Source: Bacteroidota bacterium (GTDB lineage: Bacteria; Bacteroidota; Bacteroidia; Flavobacteriales; Schleiferiaceae). From it: DNA of 64,000 nucleotides. The notes under the pieces were generated by a model. It was given only the letters and a program-made list of their open reading frames with translations, did no database searches and was not told the origin of the DNA. The stretch lies in assembly GCA_041179465.1 (NCBI GenBank), contig JBEGTJ010000003.1, positions 2,229-66,228 on the forward strand, read 5' to 3'. Positions within the stretch are counted from its first letter, which is position 1, and the number at the start of each line of letters is the position of its first letter. This document shows positions 17,781 through 27,729 of the stretch, piece by piece. The translations under genes and the position numbers were made by a program.

Positions 17781-19558
17781 AGGCCTGGGCGCTCGGTCTG
17801 GGGTTGTCGGCCGTGGCTTTGACGGCCCAGCCGGTGGAGCACCGCTTGCTGCCTTGGGGCGGACCGCCTTCGGCGCAGGTCGCCGCCAAAACGACTTCAG
17901 ACACGATGAGTTTGCCGCTGCGCGCGGGTTTTGACCAGCGCATGCCGGCGGGATGGGTTTCGCGCGGAGTCACCCGGTCGCAGAGCCTGGCCCGCAATCC
18001 GCTCAGTTTGGGGGTTGCCGTTTGGGACGGAATTTCGGCCTCGGGCGCGGCCTACCTCCCCGGAAGCTACGCCACCGACACGCTGGGCGACGCCCTGTTC
18101 AGCCCCTGGTTTGCCGCACCCAACGGGGCGGTACTGCGCTTTCACCTTCAGCAAGGTGGGTTTGGAGACCCCTGCGAAGCCAGCGACAGCTTGGTGGTGC
18201 ATGCCTGGAGGAGTTCCGACAGCAGTTGGGTTCCGATGGGCCGTGTTTCGGGCGGACAACCCTACGACGCGTGGCGGGCCCATTCGTTTGCACTCCCCGC
18301 GGATGCGGTGGCCTCACCCGCCACCCGGGTGCGGATTGGCCGCTGCGGCGCGCCGTCGGGCGCGTTTGACGCGTTTATAGTCGATTACCTCGAGTTAAGC
18401 GCTTCCCTCGGGCTGTCCGACACGCTGCTGTTTGACCCGTCCTGGATTTCGCCGCCCGCGCGGGTGCTGAATGCCTACCGGGAGGTGCCTTGGTTTCACT
18501 ACAACCGCATACTGCTCGAGCGGGACTCCGTGCGCACCCCGTACCGACGCAACGGCGTCGTGCCGGTGGGCGGATGGCAGCTCAACCTCGGCAAACTGAA
18601 CTGGACCGACGGGAACGGGTCGCTCGTTCAAAGCCGCCTGACGGTGCCCGTCGTTTCCAACCTCATCCACAACGTGGCCACGCCCTACAACCTGTCCCTG
18701 AACCGGCCCCAGTTGGTGCCTACGGGTCCGTTTGCGTGGAACCTGACGTACTGGTTTGACGGCGAGTCGGTGGGCGACCGGAGCAACGACAGCGCCACGC
18801 TTCGATTGGAATTTGGCGACCGCTACGTGGTTGACGACGGCAGCTGCGAACGGAGCTACGGGGTGGCGCAGGGCGTGCAGCCGCGCTGGGCGCAGCGTTT
18901 TCAGTTTCTGACGTCGGACACGTTGCGCGGAATGGACCTCGAGTGGATACCCTCAGGTCCCCAGGGGCTGGGCGAACGCTTTCGCATGGGCGTTTGGAAG
19001 GTCGACTCGGCGGGCTTTCCGGGCGATCCGATCTACGTGAGCGATTCGCTGTACGAAGTGAGCTGGAACTACGCCGGGCAGTACGGGCGCCACTACGTGC
19101 TCGACACGCTGGGCCTGAAGATTCCTACCGAAGTCTTTTTGGGCGTGGTGATGGACGGTCCGAACTCGGACCAGGGAATGCCCCGCGCCGCCCTCGGGCT
19201 CGACGTGCACACCGAGGCGATCAAGGCCTTTGGCGAAGTGGGCGCCTGGTTTCTGAGCCAAATTCCCGGCGCTTTGGCCTTGCGGCCCTTCTTTCGCGGA
19301 ACGCCCGACGACCTCGGCAGCCCTGAGTCGCTTCGAGCCGCGGGACTGCGCGTTCAGCCCCAGCCCGCCGGAGACTGGGCCTCAGTAGACGGACCGGGAA
19401 AGCAGCTCGAAGTCCTCAATGCGCTGGGCTCCCCCGTGGCTACGGTTGCCCGCCCCGACGACGCACAGCCTTGGAATCTAGACCTTCGCAGCCTGCCCGC
19501 AGGACTGTACCTGCTCCGCAGCGATTCCGGCCACGTAACCCGACTGATGAAGCAGTGA
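17768..19558 (+). CDS. secreted protein of unknown function with T9SS C-terminal sorting domain
   Basis: The start MDQVKAWALGLGLSAVALTAQP is a signal peptide. The C-terminus LEVLNALGSPVATVARPDDAQPWNLDLRSLPAGLYLLRSDSGHVTRLMKQ matches the type-A CTD pattern. I recognised no catalytic motif. Confidence 0.65.
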   Translation: MDQVKAWALGLGLSAVALTAQPVEHRLLPWGGPPSAQVAAKTTSDTMSLPLRAGFDQRMPAGWVSRGVTRSQSLARNPLSLGVAVWDGISASGAAYLPGSYATDTLGDALFSPWFAAPNGAVLRFHLQQGGFGDPCEASDSLVVHAWRSSDSSWVPMGRVSGGQPYDAWRAHSFALPADAVASPATRVRIGRCGAPSGAFDAFIVDYLELSASLGLSDTLLFDPSWISPPARVLNAYREVPWFHYNRILLERDSVRTPYRRNGVVPVGGWQLNLGKLNWTDGNGSLVQSRLTVPVVSNLIHNVATPYNLSLNRPQLVPTGPFAWNLTYWFDGESVGDRSNDSATLRLEFGDRYVVDDGSCERSYGVAQGVQPRWAQRFQFLTSDTLRGMDLEWIPSGPQGLGERFRMGVWKVDSAGFPGDPIYVSDSLYEVSWNYAGQYGRHYVLDTLGLKIPTEVFLGVVMDGPNSDQGMPRAALGLDVHTEAIKAFGEVGAWFLSQIPGALALRPFFRGTPDDLGSPESLRAAGLRVQPQPAGDWASVDGPGKQLEVLNALGSPVATVARPDDAQPWNLDLRSLPAGLYLLRSDSGHVTRLMKQ

Positions 19559-20595
19559 TCGAGTTCGACGACGAGCTCGAAGAGGGCGCTGGCACCGAAG
19601 AGGAACTCTACGTTCACCACCGGTTTGTGGCCGACGCGGGCCAGAAGCCGCTGCGCGTCGATAAATTCTTATTCAATTTTCTGGAGAAAACCTCGCGCAA
19701 CCGCATTCAGAAGGCGGCCGAGGCCGGAGCCATTCGCGTCGACGGCCTGCCCGTGAAGTCCAACCACCGGGTGAAGGCGGGCGAAGAGGTGACGCTGGTG
19801 CTGGCGCAGCCTCCGCGCGAGTTTGTACTCGAAGCCGAACCCATCGACCTCGAAGTGGTCTACCTCGACGACGAACTCGCGGTGATCAACAAACCCGCGG
19901 GCATGGTGGTGCACCCGGCATTTGGCCACTTCACCGGAACGCTGGTGCACGGCCTGCTCTACCTCTTCCAGAATTTGCCCGGCGCGAGCGGCGAAGTGCG
20001 GCCCGGCTTAGTGCACCGCATCGACAAGGACACGTCAGGCCTGCTGGTGGTGGCTCGAACCGACTTTGCGCTCGCTTTTTTGGCGAAGCAGTTTGCGGAC
20101 CACAGCTGCGACCGCGAGTACCACGCCCTGGTGTGGGGCAACGTGCGCGAGGACCGCGGAACCGTGACCGGCCACATCGGACGCTCGCTGCAGGACCGCA
20201 AGGTGCAAGCGATTTTTCCCGACGGCAAGCACGGAAAGCACGCCGTCACTCATTACGAGGTGCTGGAGCGCTACCACTTTGCCACGCTCGTGGCCTGCCG
20301 CCTCGAAACGGGCCGTACCCACCAAATCAGGGTGCACATGAAGTACTTGGGGCATCCGCTGGTCGGCGACGCGGTCTACGGAGGCGACAAGGCTCCGCAC
20401 CGCCCCGAGCTGCCCAAGTTTGCGCAGTTCGCCCACAAATCGCTCGAAATGCTTCCGCGCCAGGCGCTGCACGCGCGGCTGCTCGGTTTTGAACACCCGT
20501 CGCGGCCCGGCGAACGCCTTGTGTTTGAGGCTCCGCTGCCCGAAGACATGCAGGCGGTGCTGGAGCGGTTTCGGCGGTACGCGGCGTTGAACTAA
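19555..20595 (+). CDS. rluD: RluA/RluD-family 23S rRNA pseudouridine synthase
   Basis: S4 domain (LRVDKFLFNFL..SRNRIQKAAEAGAIRVDG) and catalytic HRIDKDTSGLLVVA. The start is uncertain. I chose the GTG at 19555, which overlaps the upstream TGA (GTGA). Confidence 0.8.
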   Translation: MIEFDDELEEGAGTEEELYVHHRFVADAGQKPLRVDKFLFNFLEKTSRNRIQKAAEAGAIRVDGLPVKSNHRVKAGEEVTLVLAQPPREFVLEAEPIDLEVVYLDDELAVINKPAGMVVHPAFGHFTGTLVHGLLYLFQNLPGASGEVRPGLVHRIDKDTSGLLVVARTDFALAFLAKQFADHSCDREYHALVWGNVREDRGTVTGHIGRSLQDRKVQAIFPDGKHGKHAVTHYEVLERYHFATLVACRLETGRTHQIRVHMKYLGHPLVGDAVYGGDKAPHRPELPKFAQFAHKSLEMLPRQALHARLLGFEHPSRPGERLVFEAPLPEDMQAVLERFRRYAALN

Positions 20596-20622
20596 GCGTT
20601 TTGCGGTAAGGTAAGGCCGTTT

Positions 20623-22038
20623 TTATTCGACCAAAACGCGGGTAGAGAGCGTTTGATGGGTATCAGTTAACCCTTCAAAAGTCCATATCCCTTGAGGTAA
20701 TCGGTTCACGCGGATTGAAGTCGAGGGCTCAGGTAGTTGAACCTGGCGTACGCACTGCCCCGCAAGGTTGAAAATTCGGTAGCTACGAATCGCCTCATTG
20801 CACAGGATTTCAAAGTCTCCGTTGTTCGGGTTGGGCCGAATTTCAAGGTGCGGATTAAGAGCGAAGTGCTCAGTACGCAATTCGTTACCGTTGGAGGCGT
20901 CAAAGATCTTTATTTCAAGTTGGTACACCCCTAAAGTCGAATTGTAGTAGCGATTGTGCGTAAACACGTGAACACCATCAGAATACACCCCAGAGTTTTG
21001 GTACTCTTGATTGGTGCCTAGGTATTTCTTCCACGTAGGGACCAGGGTGTCGTTTTGCGAAATCCCTGGATCTAAACGGACCAATACGACCGAATCGAAC
21101 GGACCCATGTTGAAGTAGGGTACATGGTACGTGATGTAGTGAGCTTGGTCTTGGGGGCATGGGTGGTGTCCCCTCAGTTGCACCGAACCCTGGTCAGGGA
21201 AGGGCAGATGGTACAGCTGGACCACATGGTTGGCGCTGTCAAGCTTTCCAAGTGCCGGGGTAGAGCTTGGAAATCCAACGGCGGGAACGTCTTGGTAGCC
21301 CGCCAAAATCCAATTCACTCCGTTTAATGAGCCAAAGAACTCAGGAACTAGGTTGGCTGAAAGGTTGTGCGTAATAGGCATCCAACTTCGCGTTCCGTCG
21401 TAGCCAATTCGCATGAACGAGCCTTGAGGTCCGTAGGGCGAATGGTACAGCAGCGAGGAATCGTGGACTGCCGGCGTCGCATAGAAGGGAGGCAATGGAA
21501 TGATGAATTGATTCTGAATCGTTTTTTGCGCCCGATTGACCACCCAAATTCGATCTTGACCGGCAGCATTCGCCCAAAAGACCACCAGGTGATCGTTGGT
21601 TATTTGGACCACGCGGTATAAAACCGTTGCAGGTTCATCAGCTTGAACCGTGTCATATGACCAGCCTCCGCCGTAAACGTGAGTTCCAAATATTAGGTTG
21701 TTGTTGGTGTCCAGCGTTAAATACCGGCAACCGGGCCCCGGATATTGCTCCACCCAGGTAGCACGGCTCGGTGAGCCGGCAAAAACGGGGTTGAGGTTGA
21801 CAACGTGGACCTTCAGGCTGTCAGGGTCGATCCGAACATTCCAACCGTAAAAACCATTGTTGGAGGAACGTAAATTAAAGGTGAACCCTTCGCTTGTGCC
21901 TTTGGGCGGAAGCGCATTATTGGAATAGTTGCTGGGATCAAGGGGGAATACTATTGGAGTGTTTTGAGCCTGTCCCCAATGAAATAAGGCCAAAATTGCT
22001 AAGGCCAATAGGAATAATTTTCTTTTGTTATTCCTCAT
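20623..22038 (-). CDS. secreted protein of unknown function with T9SS C-terminal sorting domain (low-GC gene)
   Basis: Signal peptide MRNNKRKLFLLALAILALFHWGQAQ. CTD: LEIRPNPNNGDFEILCNE..YRIFNLAGQCV...LPQGIWTF. Hand-counted lines inside the gene give about 43-48% G+C, against 65-67% in the flanks. Confidence 0.7.
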   Translation of the reverse strand: MRNNKRKLFLLALAILALFHWGQAQNTPIVFPLDPSNYSNNALPPKGTSEGFTFNLRSSNNGFYGWNVRIDPDSLKVHVVNLNPVFAGSPSRATWVEQYPGPGCRYLTLDTNNNLIFGTHVYGGGWSYDTVQADEPATVLYRVVQITNDHLVVFWANAAGQDRIWVVNRAQKTIQNQFIIPLPPFYATPAVHDSSLLYHSPYGPQGSFMRIGYDGTRSWMPITHNLSANLVPEFFGSLNGVNWILAGYQDVPAVGFPSSTPALGKLDSANHVVQLYHLPFPDQGSVQLRGHHPCPQDQAHYITYHVPYFNMGPFDSVVLVRLDPGISQNDTLVPTWKKYLGTNQEYQNSGVYSDGVHVFTHNRYYNSTLGVYQLEIKIFDASNGNELRTEHFALNPHLEIRPNPNNGDFEILCNEAIRSYRIFNLAGQCVRQVQLPEPSTSIRVNRLPQGIWTFEGLTDTHQTLSTRVLVE

Positions 22039-23794
22039 ACAGCCCTTCGTACAGTCCCGCGTACATCTGCAAGATGGGCTTGCGACGCAGCTTTAGGGTG
22101 GGGGTTACGTGGCCTGCGGCGATGCTCCAAACGTCGGGGGTGAGGGCGAACTTCTTGACCTTTTCCCATTGCCCGTACTGGGCGTTAGTGGCGTCGATTT
22201 CGCGCTGCACGCGAGCCACGACGCGCGGGTCGGCGACCATTTCGGCCGGGGTCGTCCAGGCAATGTTCTTGCGGGCGCACCACGACTTCAAAAAGTCGAA
22301 CTGCGGCTGCACCAAGAGCACAGGGTACTTCTTGTTTTCGCCGGCGACCATGCACTGCTCGATGAAGGGCGACATTTTGAAGGCGTTTTCCATGGCCTGG
22401 GGCGTAATGTACTTGCCTCCGGCGGTCTTGAAAATCTCTTTCTTGCGGTCGGTGATGCGCAGGTACCCTTCGGAATCGAATTCGCCGATGTCGCCCGTGC
22501 GGAACCATCCGTCTTCGGTCATCACCTCGGCGGTGAGGTCGGGGCGGTTGTAGTAGCCCATCATCACGTTGGGCCCCTTGGCGAGGATTTCGCCGTCGGC
22601 GTCCAGCTTGAGTTCGACGCCGTCGATGGCCGTTCCCACGGTGCCCAGCTTGTGGCCTTGGCCGGTGGGCAGGTTAACCGCCAAGATCGGCGACGTTTCG
22701 GTGAGGCCGTAGCCCTCTTGAACGTTGATGCCGGCTCCGGCGAAGATGCGGGCAAGCTTGGGGTTGAGCGCGGCAGCTCCGCTCGCGACCGCCAGAGTTT
22801 CGCCGCCCAGCGCCTCTTGCCACTTGCTGAAAATCAGCTTGCGGGCGAGCTTGAGTTGGGCGTAGTAGAGCGGACTGAGGCCGGCGTGCTCGTAGCGTTC
22901 GGCCAGGCCAACGGCCCAGAAAAAGAGTCCGCGCTTGATGCCAGTGAGCGACTTGCCCTTGTCCATGATTTTGTCGTACACCTTCTCGAGCAGGCGCGGA
23001 ACCGCCGTAAACACCTGCGGATGCACCTCGCGCAGGTTGTCGCCGATGGTTTCCATCGACTCAGCGAAGTAGACGCCCACGCCGTTGGTCAAGTACACGT
23101 AGACGCAGACGCGCTCGTAGCTGTGGCACAGCGGCAAGAAGCTCAGGGCTTTGCCGGTGGGGCCCACGGGGAGGCGCGAGGCCCCGGCCACCGCGTTGGA
23201 GGCGATGTTGCGGTGGCTCAGCATGACGCCTTTGGGGGTGCCGGTGGTTCCCGACGTGTAAATCAGCGTGGCGAGGTCTTCTTCGCGCACGGCGGCCTTG
23301 CGGGCTTCTAGTTCGGCGCAGTGGGCGTCGGTGGCGCGGGCCACGACGTCGTCAAGGCAGGCGGAACCTTCGGTCGGCGTGAACGTGAACACGCCCTCAA
23401 GGCTGGGTACGTCGGCGCGCAGGGCTTCTATTTTGTCGCGCAGCTCGACGTCGCTCACAAAGCAAAACCGCACGCCGGCGTCGTTCATAATGAACGTGTA
23501 GTCGGCCTGCGAAATCGTCGGGTACATCGGAACGTCGACCCCGCCCGCGCTGAGGATGGCTTGGTCGCAGAGGTTCCACTCCGTGCGGTTTGTCGTCGAA
23601 ATAATGCCAATGCGGTCGCCCGGCTTCATGCCGAGGTCGATCAGCCCGCAGGCCAATTTCTCGGCTTTGGCGATGAATTCGGTGGTCGACATCGACTGCC
23701 ACTGGCCGTTGACTTTGGTGTTCAGGGCGTCGGGGCGCGGATGCTTGGCGGCCGCGTAGTGGGCAAAATCAAAAAGGCGTTTGGGTGCGTTCAT
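22028..23794 (-). CDS. long-chain-fatty-acid--CoA ligase (AMP-dependent synthetase)
   Basis: AMP-binding motif LIYTSGTTGTPKGVMLSHRN and the GYGLTETS, GWFRTGDIG and TLKLRRKPI motifs. I chose the start at MNAPKRLFDF. Confidence 0.85.
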   Translation of the reverse strand: MNAPKRLFDFAHYAAAKHPRPDALNTKVNGQWQSMSTTEFIAKAEKLACGLIDLGMKPGDRIGIISTTNRTEWNLCDQAILSAGGVDVPMYPTISQADYTFIMNDAGVRFCFVSDVELRDKIEALRADVPSLEGVFTFTPTEGSACLDDVVARATDAHCAELEARKAAVREEDLATLIYTSGTTGTPKGVMLSHRNIASNAVAGASRLPVGPTGKALSFLPLCHSYERVCVYVYLTNGVGVYFAESMETIGDNLREVHPQVFTAVPRLLEKVYDKIMDKGKSLTGIKRGLFFWAVGLAERYEHAGLSPLYYAQLKLARKLIFSKWQEALGGETLAVASGAAALNPKLARIFAGAGINVQEGYGLTETSPILAVNLPTGQGHKLGTVGTAIDGVELKLDADGEILAKGPNVMMGYYNRPDLTAEVMTEDGWFRTGDIGEFDSEGYLRITDRKKEIFKTAGGKYITPQAMENAFKMSPFIEQCMVAGENKKYPVLLVQPQFDFLKSWCARKNIAWTTPAEMVADPRVVARVQREIDATNAQYGQWEKVKKFALTPDVWSIAAGHVTPTLKLRRKPILQMYAGLYEGLYEE

Positions 23795-23811
23795 GCGTGA
23801 AGGCTCGTAGG

Positions 23812-25452
23812 TTACTTGCGGCGCTCGCCGTGGATCCACACCTGAATCGGCGCGGTCTTCGGCAAGGCCATGGGGGTTACTTCGTTTAGGTTTACTTCAA
23901 AGATGGTGAAGTCCGCCCAATTTCCAATGCGGATTTCGCCGCGGTCGTCCTCCTGAAAGGCGGCGCGGGCGGCGTCTGTGGTCATTCCCTTCAAGGTCTG
24001 GGCGAGGGTCAGGGCGTTTTCGGTCTGAAATCCCCCGGCGGGGTGTCCGTCCAAGGCGCGGCGGGCTGTGGCCGCCAAAATGGTGTACATCGGGTTGGGG
24101 TGCTCGATGGGGAAGTCGGTGCCGAACGGTATCCATCCGCCGTTGGCCTGGCGGAGCGCGCGGTAGGCGTAGGCGTGCGGCAAGCGGTCGGGTCCAAGGC
24201 GGTCGGGGGCCCAATCCATGTCGCTGGTCGCGTGGGTGGGCTGTACCGAGGGCACGATGCCCAGGGTTCCGCCAAACTGGGTTTGGTCTTCAGGGCTCAC
24301 CACTTGAGCATGCTCGACGCGCCAACGGAGGTCCTTCGGGGTACCCGGGGCGCTTAGGGCTTCGCGGTAAATGCGCAAAATCAGGTGGTTGGCGGAATCT
24401 CCGATGGCGTGGGTGTTCATCTGCCAGCCGGCTTGGGCGAGCCGCGCCGCGGCGGCCCTCAGGTAGGAGGCGTCGCGCAAGGCCAGGCCGTAGTGGTCGT
24501 GGCGGTCGTGGTAGGGCTCCCGAAGCAAGGCCCCGCGGCTGCCCAGCGCGCCGTCACTGTAGAATTTGAAGCTGCGCACCGACAGCCAGTCGGTTTCGAG
24601 GGTGCCGCGCTCCAGCCAGTGGTCCAGGGCCTCGGGGCGTTCGCCGACCATCACATAAAGGGGCATGCGCAGCCCGCCCGCCCGCTGCAGGCTGTCGATC
24701 AGCATGATGTCTTCGGTGGGCAGTCCCGCGTCGTGCACGCCGGTCAAGCCGAGTTCGACGCACCAGCGTTCTGCGGCCTTGAGGTAGCGAATTTTTTCTT
24801 CGCGCGAAGGCTCGGCGACGCGAAGCAAGGTCTCGGCGTTGTCGACGAGCACCCCAGTCGGTTTGCCGGCCGCGAGGAGGATTTCGCCCCCGTCGATGCG
24901 GGTAGCCGCGGTGATTTCTGATTGGGCGAGGGCCACCTGGTTGCACACCACCGCGTGGCCGTCGATGCGCGAGAGCACGATCGGCTTGTCGGTTAGGGCG
25001 TCCAGGGCTTTGGAGGTCGGCCAGGCCTTGTCGGACCAGTCGTTTTGGTCCCACCCGCGGCCGCGAACGACTTCCACGTCGGGGTGGTCGGCAAGGTACC
25101 TGCGCACCCGGTCGACGCACTCGGCCCAACTGCGCGTACCCACGAGGTCCACCGTCTCGAGGGCTTGACCGAGGGCCAAAAAGTGGGCGTGGGCGTCGAT
25201 GAATCCCGGGTACACATAGGCCCCTTGGAGGTCGGTGGTGTCGCGGGCCGCGGGCACCGCCTCAGACGCCGGAACCACCGCCGCGATCCGCCCGTCCCGC
25301 ACGGCGAGGTGTGCCTGGCGGTAGCGCAGCGCGTCGCCCTGAAATTCCGCCACCTGGGCATGGGCGAGGACCGTGTCGTACTCCGGCGCGGCGCTGCACG
25401 CGGCGAAAAGCCCAAAAATTCCGAGGAAAAGGGGAGCGTGAATTGCCTTCAT
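23812..25452 (-). CDS. amidohydrolase-family (YtcJ-like) metal-dependent hydrolase, lipoprotein
   Basis: Lipobox [14 protein letters not shown] metal-binding motif, internal HAIGD, C-terminal GTDFP. Confidence 0.8.
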   Translation of the reverse strand: MKAIHAPLFLGIFGLFAACSAAPEYDTVLAHAQVAEFQGDALRYRQAHLAVRDGRIAAVVPASEAVPAARDTTDLQGAYVYPGFIDAHAHFLALGQALETVDLVGTRSWAECVDRVRRYLADHPDVEVVRGRGWDQNDWSDKAWPTSKALDALTDKPIVLSRIDGHAVVCNQVALAQSEITAATRIDGGEILLAAGKPTGVLVDNAETLLRVAEPSREEKIRYLKAAERWCVELGLTGVHDAGLPTEDIMLIDSLQRAGGLRMPLYVMVGERPEALDHWLERGTLETDWLSVRSFKFYSDGALGSRGALLREPYHDRHDHYGLALRDASYLRAAAARLAQAGWQMNTHAIGDSANHLILRIYREALSAPGTPKDLRWRVEHAQVVSPEDQTQFGGTLGIVPSVQPTHATSDMDWAPDRLGPDRLPHAYAYRALRQANGGWIPFGTDFPIEHPNPMYTILAATARRALDGHPAGGFQTENALTLAQTLKGMTTDAARAAFQEDDRGEIRIGNWADFTIFEVNLNEVTPMALPKTAPIQVWIHGERRK

Positions 25453-25478
25453 GCCCGCAAGGTAGCCCGCAGCCGCCG

Positions 25479-25486
25479 TACCTTTG
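25479..25486 (+). promoter_or_regulatory. -7 box TACCTTTG upstream of purL
   Basis: Exact TAnnTTTG, 17 nt upstream of the ATG at 25504. Confidence 0.4.
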
Positions 25487-25503
25487 CGGCTCGAATAACG
25501 CGC

Positions 25504-27729
25504 ATGGAATCAACCGCCCTCACCACCGTAGCCCAAGCCCAAGAGCTCGGCCTTTTGCCCGAAGAATTTGACGCCATTTGCACGCGCCTCGGCCGCGTGC
25601 CCAACTTCACGGAGCTCAGCATGTATTCGGTGATGTGGAGCGAGCACTGCTCCTACAAAAACTCGATTGTGTGGCTGAAAACGCTGCCCAAGGAGGGTCC
25701 GCACATGCTCGCCAAGGCGGGCGAAGAAAACGCGGGGCTCGTCGACATCGGCGACGGATTGGCGTGCGCCTTCAAAATCGAATCGCACAACCACCCTTCA
25801 GCGGTGGAACCCTACCAAGGAGCGGCCACCGGCGTGGGCGGAATCAACCGCGACATCTTCACCATGGGCGCCCGGCCCATCGCGCAGCTGAATTCGCTGC
25901 GCTTTGGCAATCCGAAGACCGACCGCACCAAGTGGCTGGTCAACGGGGTGGTCAAGGGCATCGGCGACTACGGCAACAGCTTCGGAATTCCGACCGTAGG
26001 CGGCGAGGTGTACTTCGACGACTGCTACGAGCAAAATCCGCTCGTGAACGCGTTTTCAGCTGGAATCGTCAAGGTGGGCGGCCAAATCAGCGCCAAAGCG
26101 CGCGGCGTGGGCAACCCCGTGTACATCGTCGGTTCGGCGACCGGCCGCGACGGCATCCACGGCGCCGCGTTCGCTTCCAAAGATTTGAGTGAGGACTCGG
26201 CCAACGACATCCCGTCGGTGCAGGTGGGCGACCCCTTCCAAGAGAAGCTGCTCCTCGAGGCGACCATGGAGCTCGCCCAAACCGGGGCCGTGATGGGCAT
26301 GCAGGACATGGGTGCCGCGGGCATTACCTGTTCTACGACTGAAATGAGTGCGGGCGGAAACGTCGGCATGACCGTCCACCTCGACCGCGTGCCGACCCGC
26401 CAGACCGGAATGCACCCCTGGGAAATTCTGCTTTCGGAATCGCAAGAGCGCATGCTCGTAGTGGTGCAAAAAGGCCGCGAGGCCGAAGTAGAGGCCATTT
26501 TTAGCAAGTGGGACATTCACTGCGCCCTCATCGGCGAGGTGACTGCCGGCCCGAACGTGCAGTACTTCTGGCACGGCGAGTTGATTGGCGACCTACCTGC
26601 CGAGCACCTCGTGCTGGGAGGCGGAGCGCCCGTCTACCACCGCGAGTGGTCCGAGCCCGCCTACTACGCCGAGTACCAAAAATTCAACCTCGACGCGGTG
26701 CCCGTGCCGGCCGACCTCAAGGCCGTGGCAGAGCGCGTGGTGGCCCTGCCCAACATCGCCTCGAAGCGCTGGATCTACGAGCAGTACGATTCGATGGTTG
26801 GCACGGTAAACCGTTCGACCAACGCCGCCAGCGACGCGTCCATTGTCAACTTGCGCGGAACCAACCGTGCCCTCGCCATGACCGTGGACTGCAACAGCCG
26901 CTACGTGCACGCGGACCCCGAAGTGGGCGCGATGATCGCCGTGGCCGAGAACGCCCGCAACATCACCTGCTCCGGCGGAACCCCCAGCGCCATCACCAAC
27001 TGCCTCAACTTTGGCAATCCCTACAACCCCGAGGTGTACTGGCAGTTTGTCGGGGCCATCAAGGGCATGGGCAAGGCCTGCTTGAAGTTCGAGACTCCGG
27101 TGACCGGCGGCAACGTGAGCTTTTACAACCAGACCGCCATTGGCAGTAAGGTTGAGCCCGTTTTTCCGACCCCAACGATCGCCATGATCGGCCTGGTCGA
27201 CGACGTCAAGCACGTGACCACCCTTGGCTTCAAGTCCAAGGGCGACCTGATCTTTTTGATCGGCAGCAGCCGCAACGACCTTGCCTCGAGCCAGTACCTC
27301 GTGCACGAGCACGGAATCACCGCTTCGCCCGCTCCGTACTTTGACCTCGACGAAGAGTTCATCGTGCAGCGCCAGGTGGCCGAGCTGATTCGCGAGGGCG
27401 TGGTGGCTTCGGCCCACGACGTGTCTGAGGGCGGACTCTTTGTTACCCTGCTCGAATCAGCCATGGCGGGCGGGCTGGGTTTTGACCTCACCACCGACGC
27501 TGAAATTCGCCCCGACGCCTTCTTGTTTGGCGAGGCCCAAAGCCGCATCGTGGTGAGCGTGCGCCCCGACGACGAGGAGCGCTTTTTGGACATCATGATG
27601 CGCAACGGCGTGGAATTCGACCTCTTGGGCCACGTGACCAAGGGCTCGGTGCGCGTCGACGACGAAGACTGGGGCAGCGTGGCGGACTTCCGCCAGCGCT
27701 ACGACCACGCCCTGAATTTTAGCAAGTAG
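25504..27729 (+). CDS. purL: phosphoribosylformylglycinamidine synthase subunit PurL (small type)
   Basis: 742 aa from [45 protein letters not shown], and duplicated AIR-synthase-like halves. The 894-aa ORF extension overlaps the amidohydrolase gene on the opposite strand and is rejected. Confidence 0.95.
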   Translation: MESTALTTVAQAQELGLLPEEFDAICTRLGRVPNFTELSMYSVMWSEHCSYKNSIVWLKTLPKEGPHMLAKAGEENAGLVDIGDGLACAFKIESHNHPSAVEPYQGAATGVGGINRDIFTMGARPIAQLNSLRFGNPKTDRTKWLVNGVVKGIGDYGNSFGIPTVGGEVYFDDCYEQNPLVNAFSAGIVKVGGQISAKARGVGNPVYIVGSATGRDGIHGAAFASKDLSEDSANDIPSVQVGDPFQEKLLLEATMELAQTGAVMGMQDMGAAGITCSTTEMSAGGNVGMTVHLDRVPTRQTGMHPWEILLSESQERMLVVVQKGREAEVEAIFSKWDIHCALIGEVTAGPNVQYFWHGELIGDLPAEHLVLGGGAPVYHREWSEPAYYAEYQKFNLDAVPVPADLKAVAERVVALPNIASKRWIYEQYDSMVGTVNRSTNAASDASIVNLRGTNRALAMTVDCNSRYVHADPEVGAMIAVAENARNITCSGGTPSAITNCLNFGNPYNPEVYWQFVGAIKGMGKACLKFETPVTGGNVSFYNQTAIGSKVEPVFPTPTIAMIGLVDDVKHVTTLGFKSKGDLIFLIGSSRNDLASSQYLVHEHGITASPAPYFDLDEEFIVQRQVAELIREGVVASAHDVSEGGLFVTLLESAMAGGLGFDLTTDAEIRPDAFLFGEAQSRIVVSVRPDDEERFLDIMMRNGVEFDLLGHVTKGSVRVDDEDWGSVADFRQRYDHALNFSK

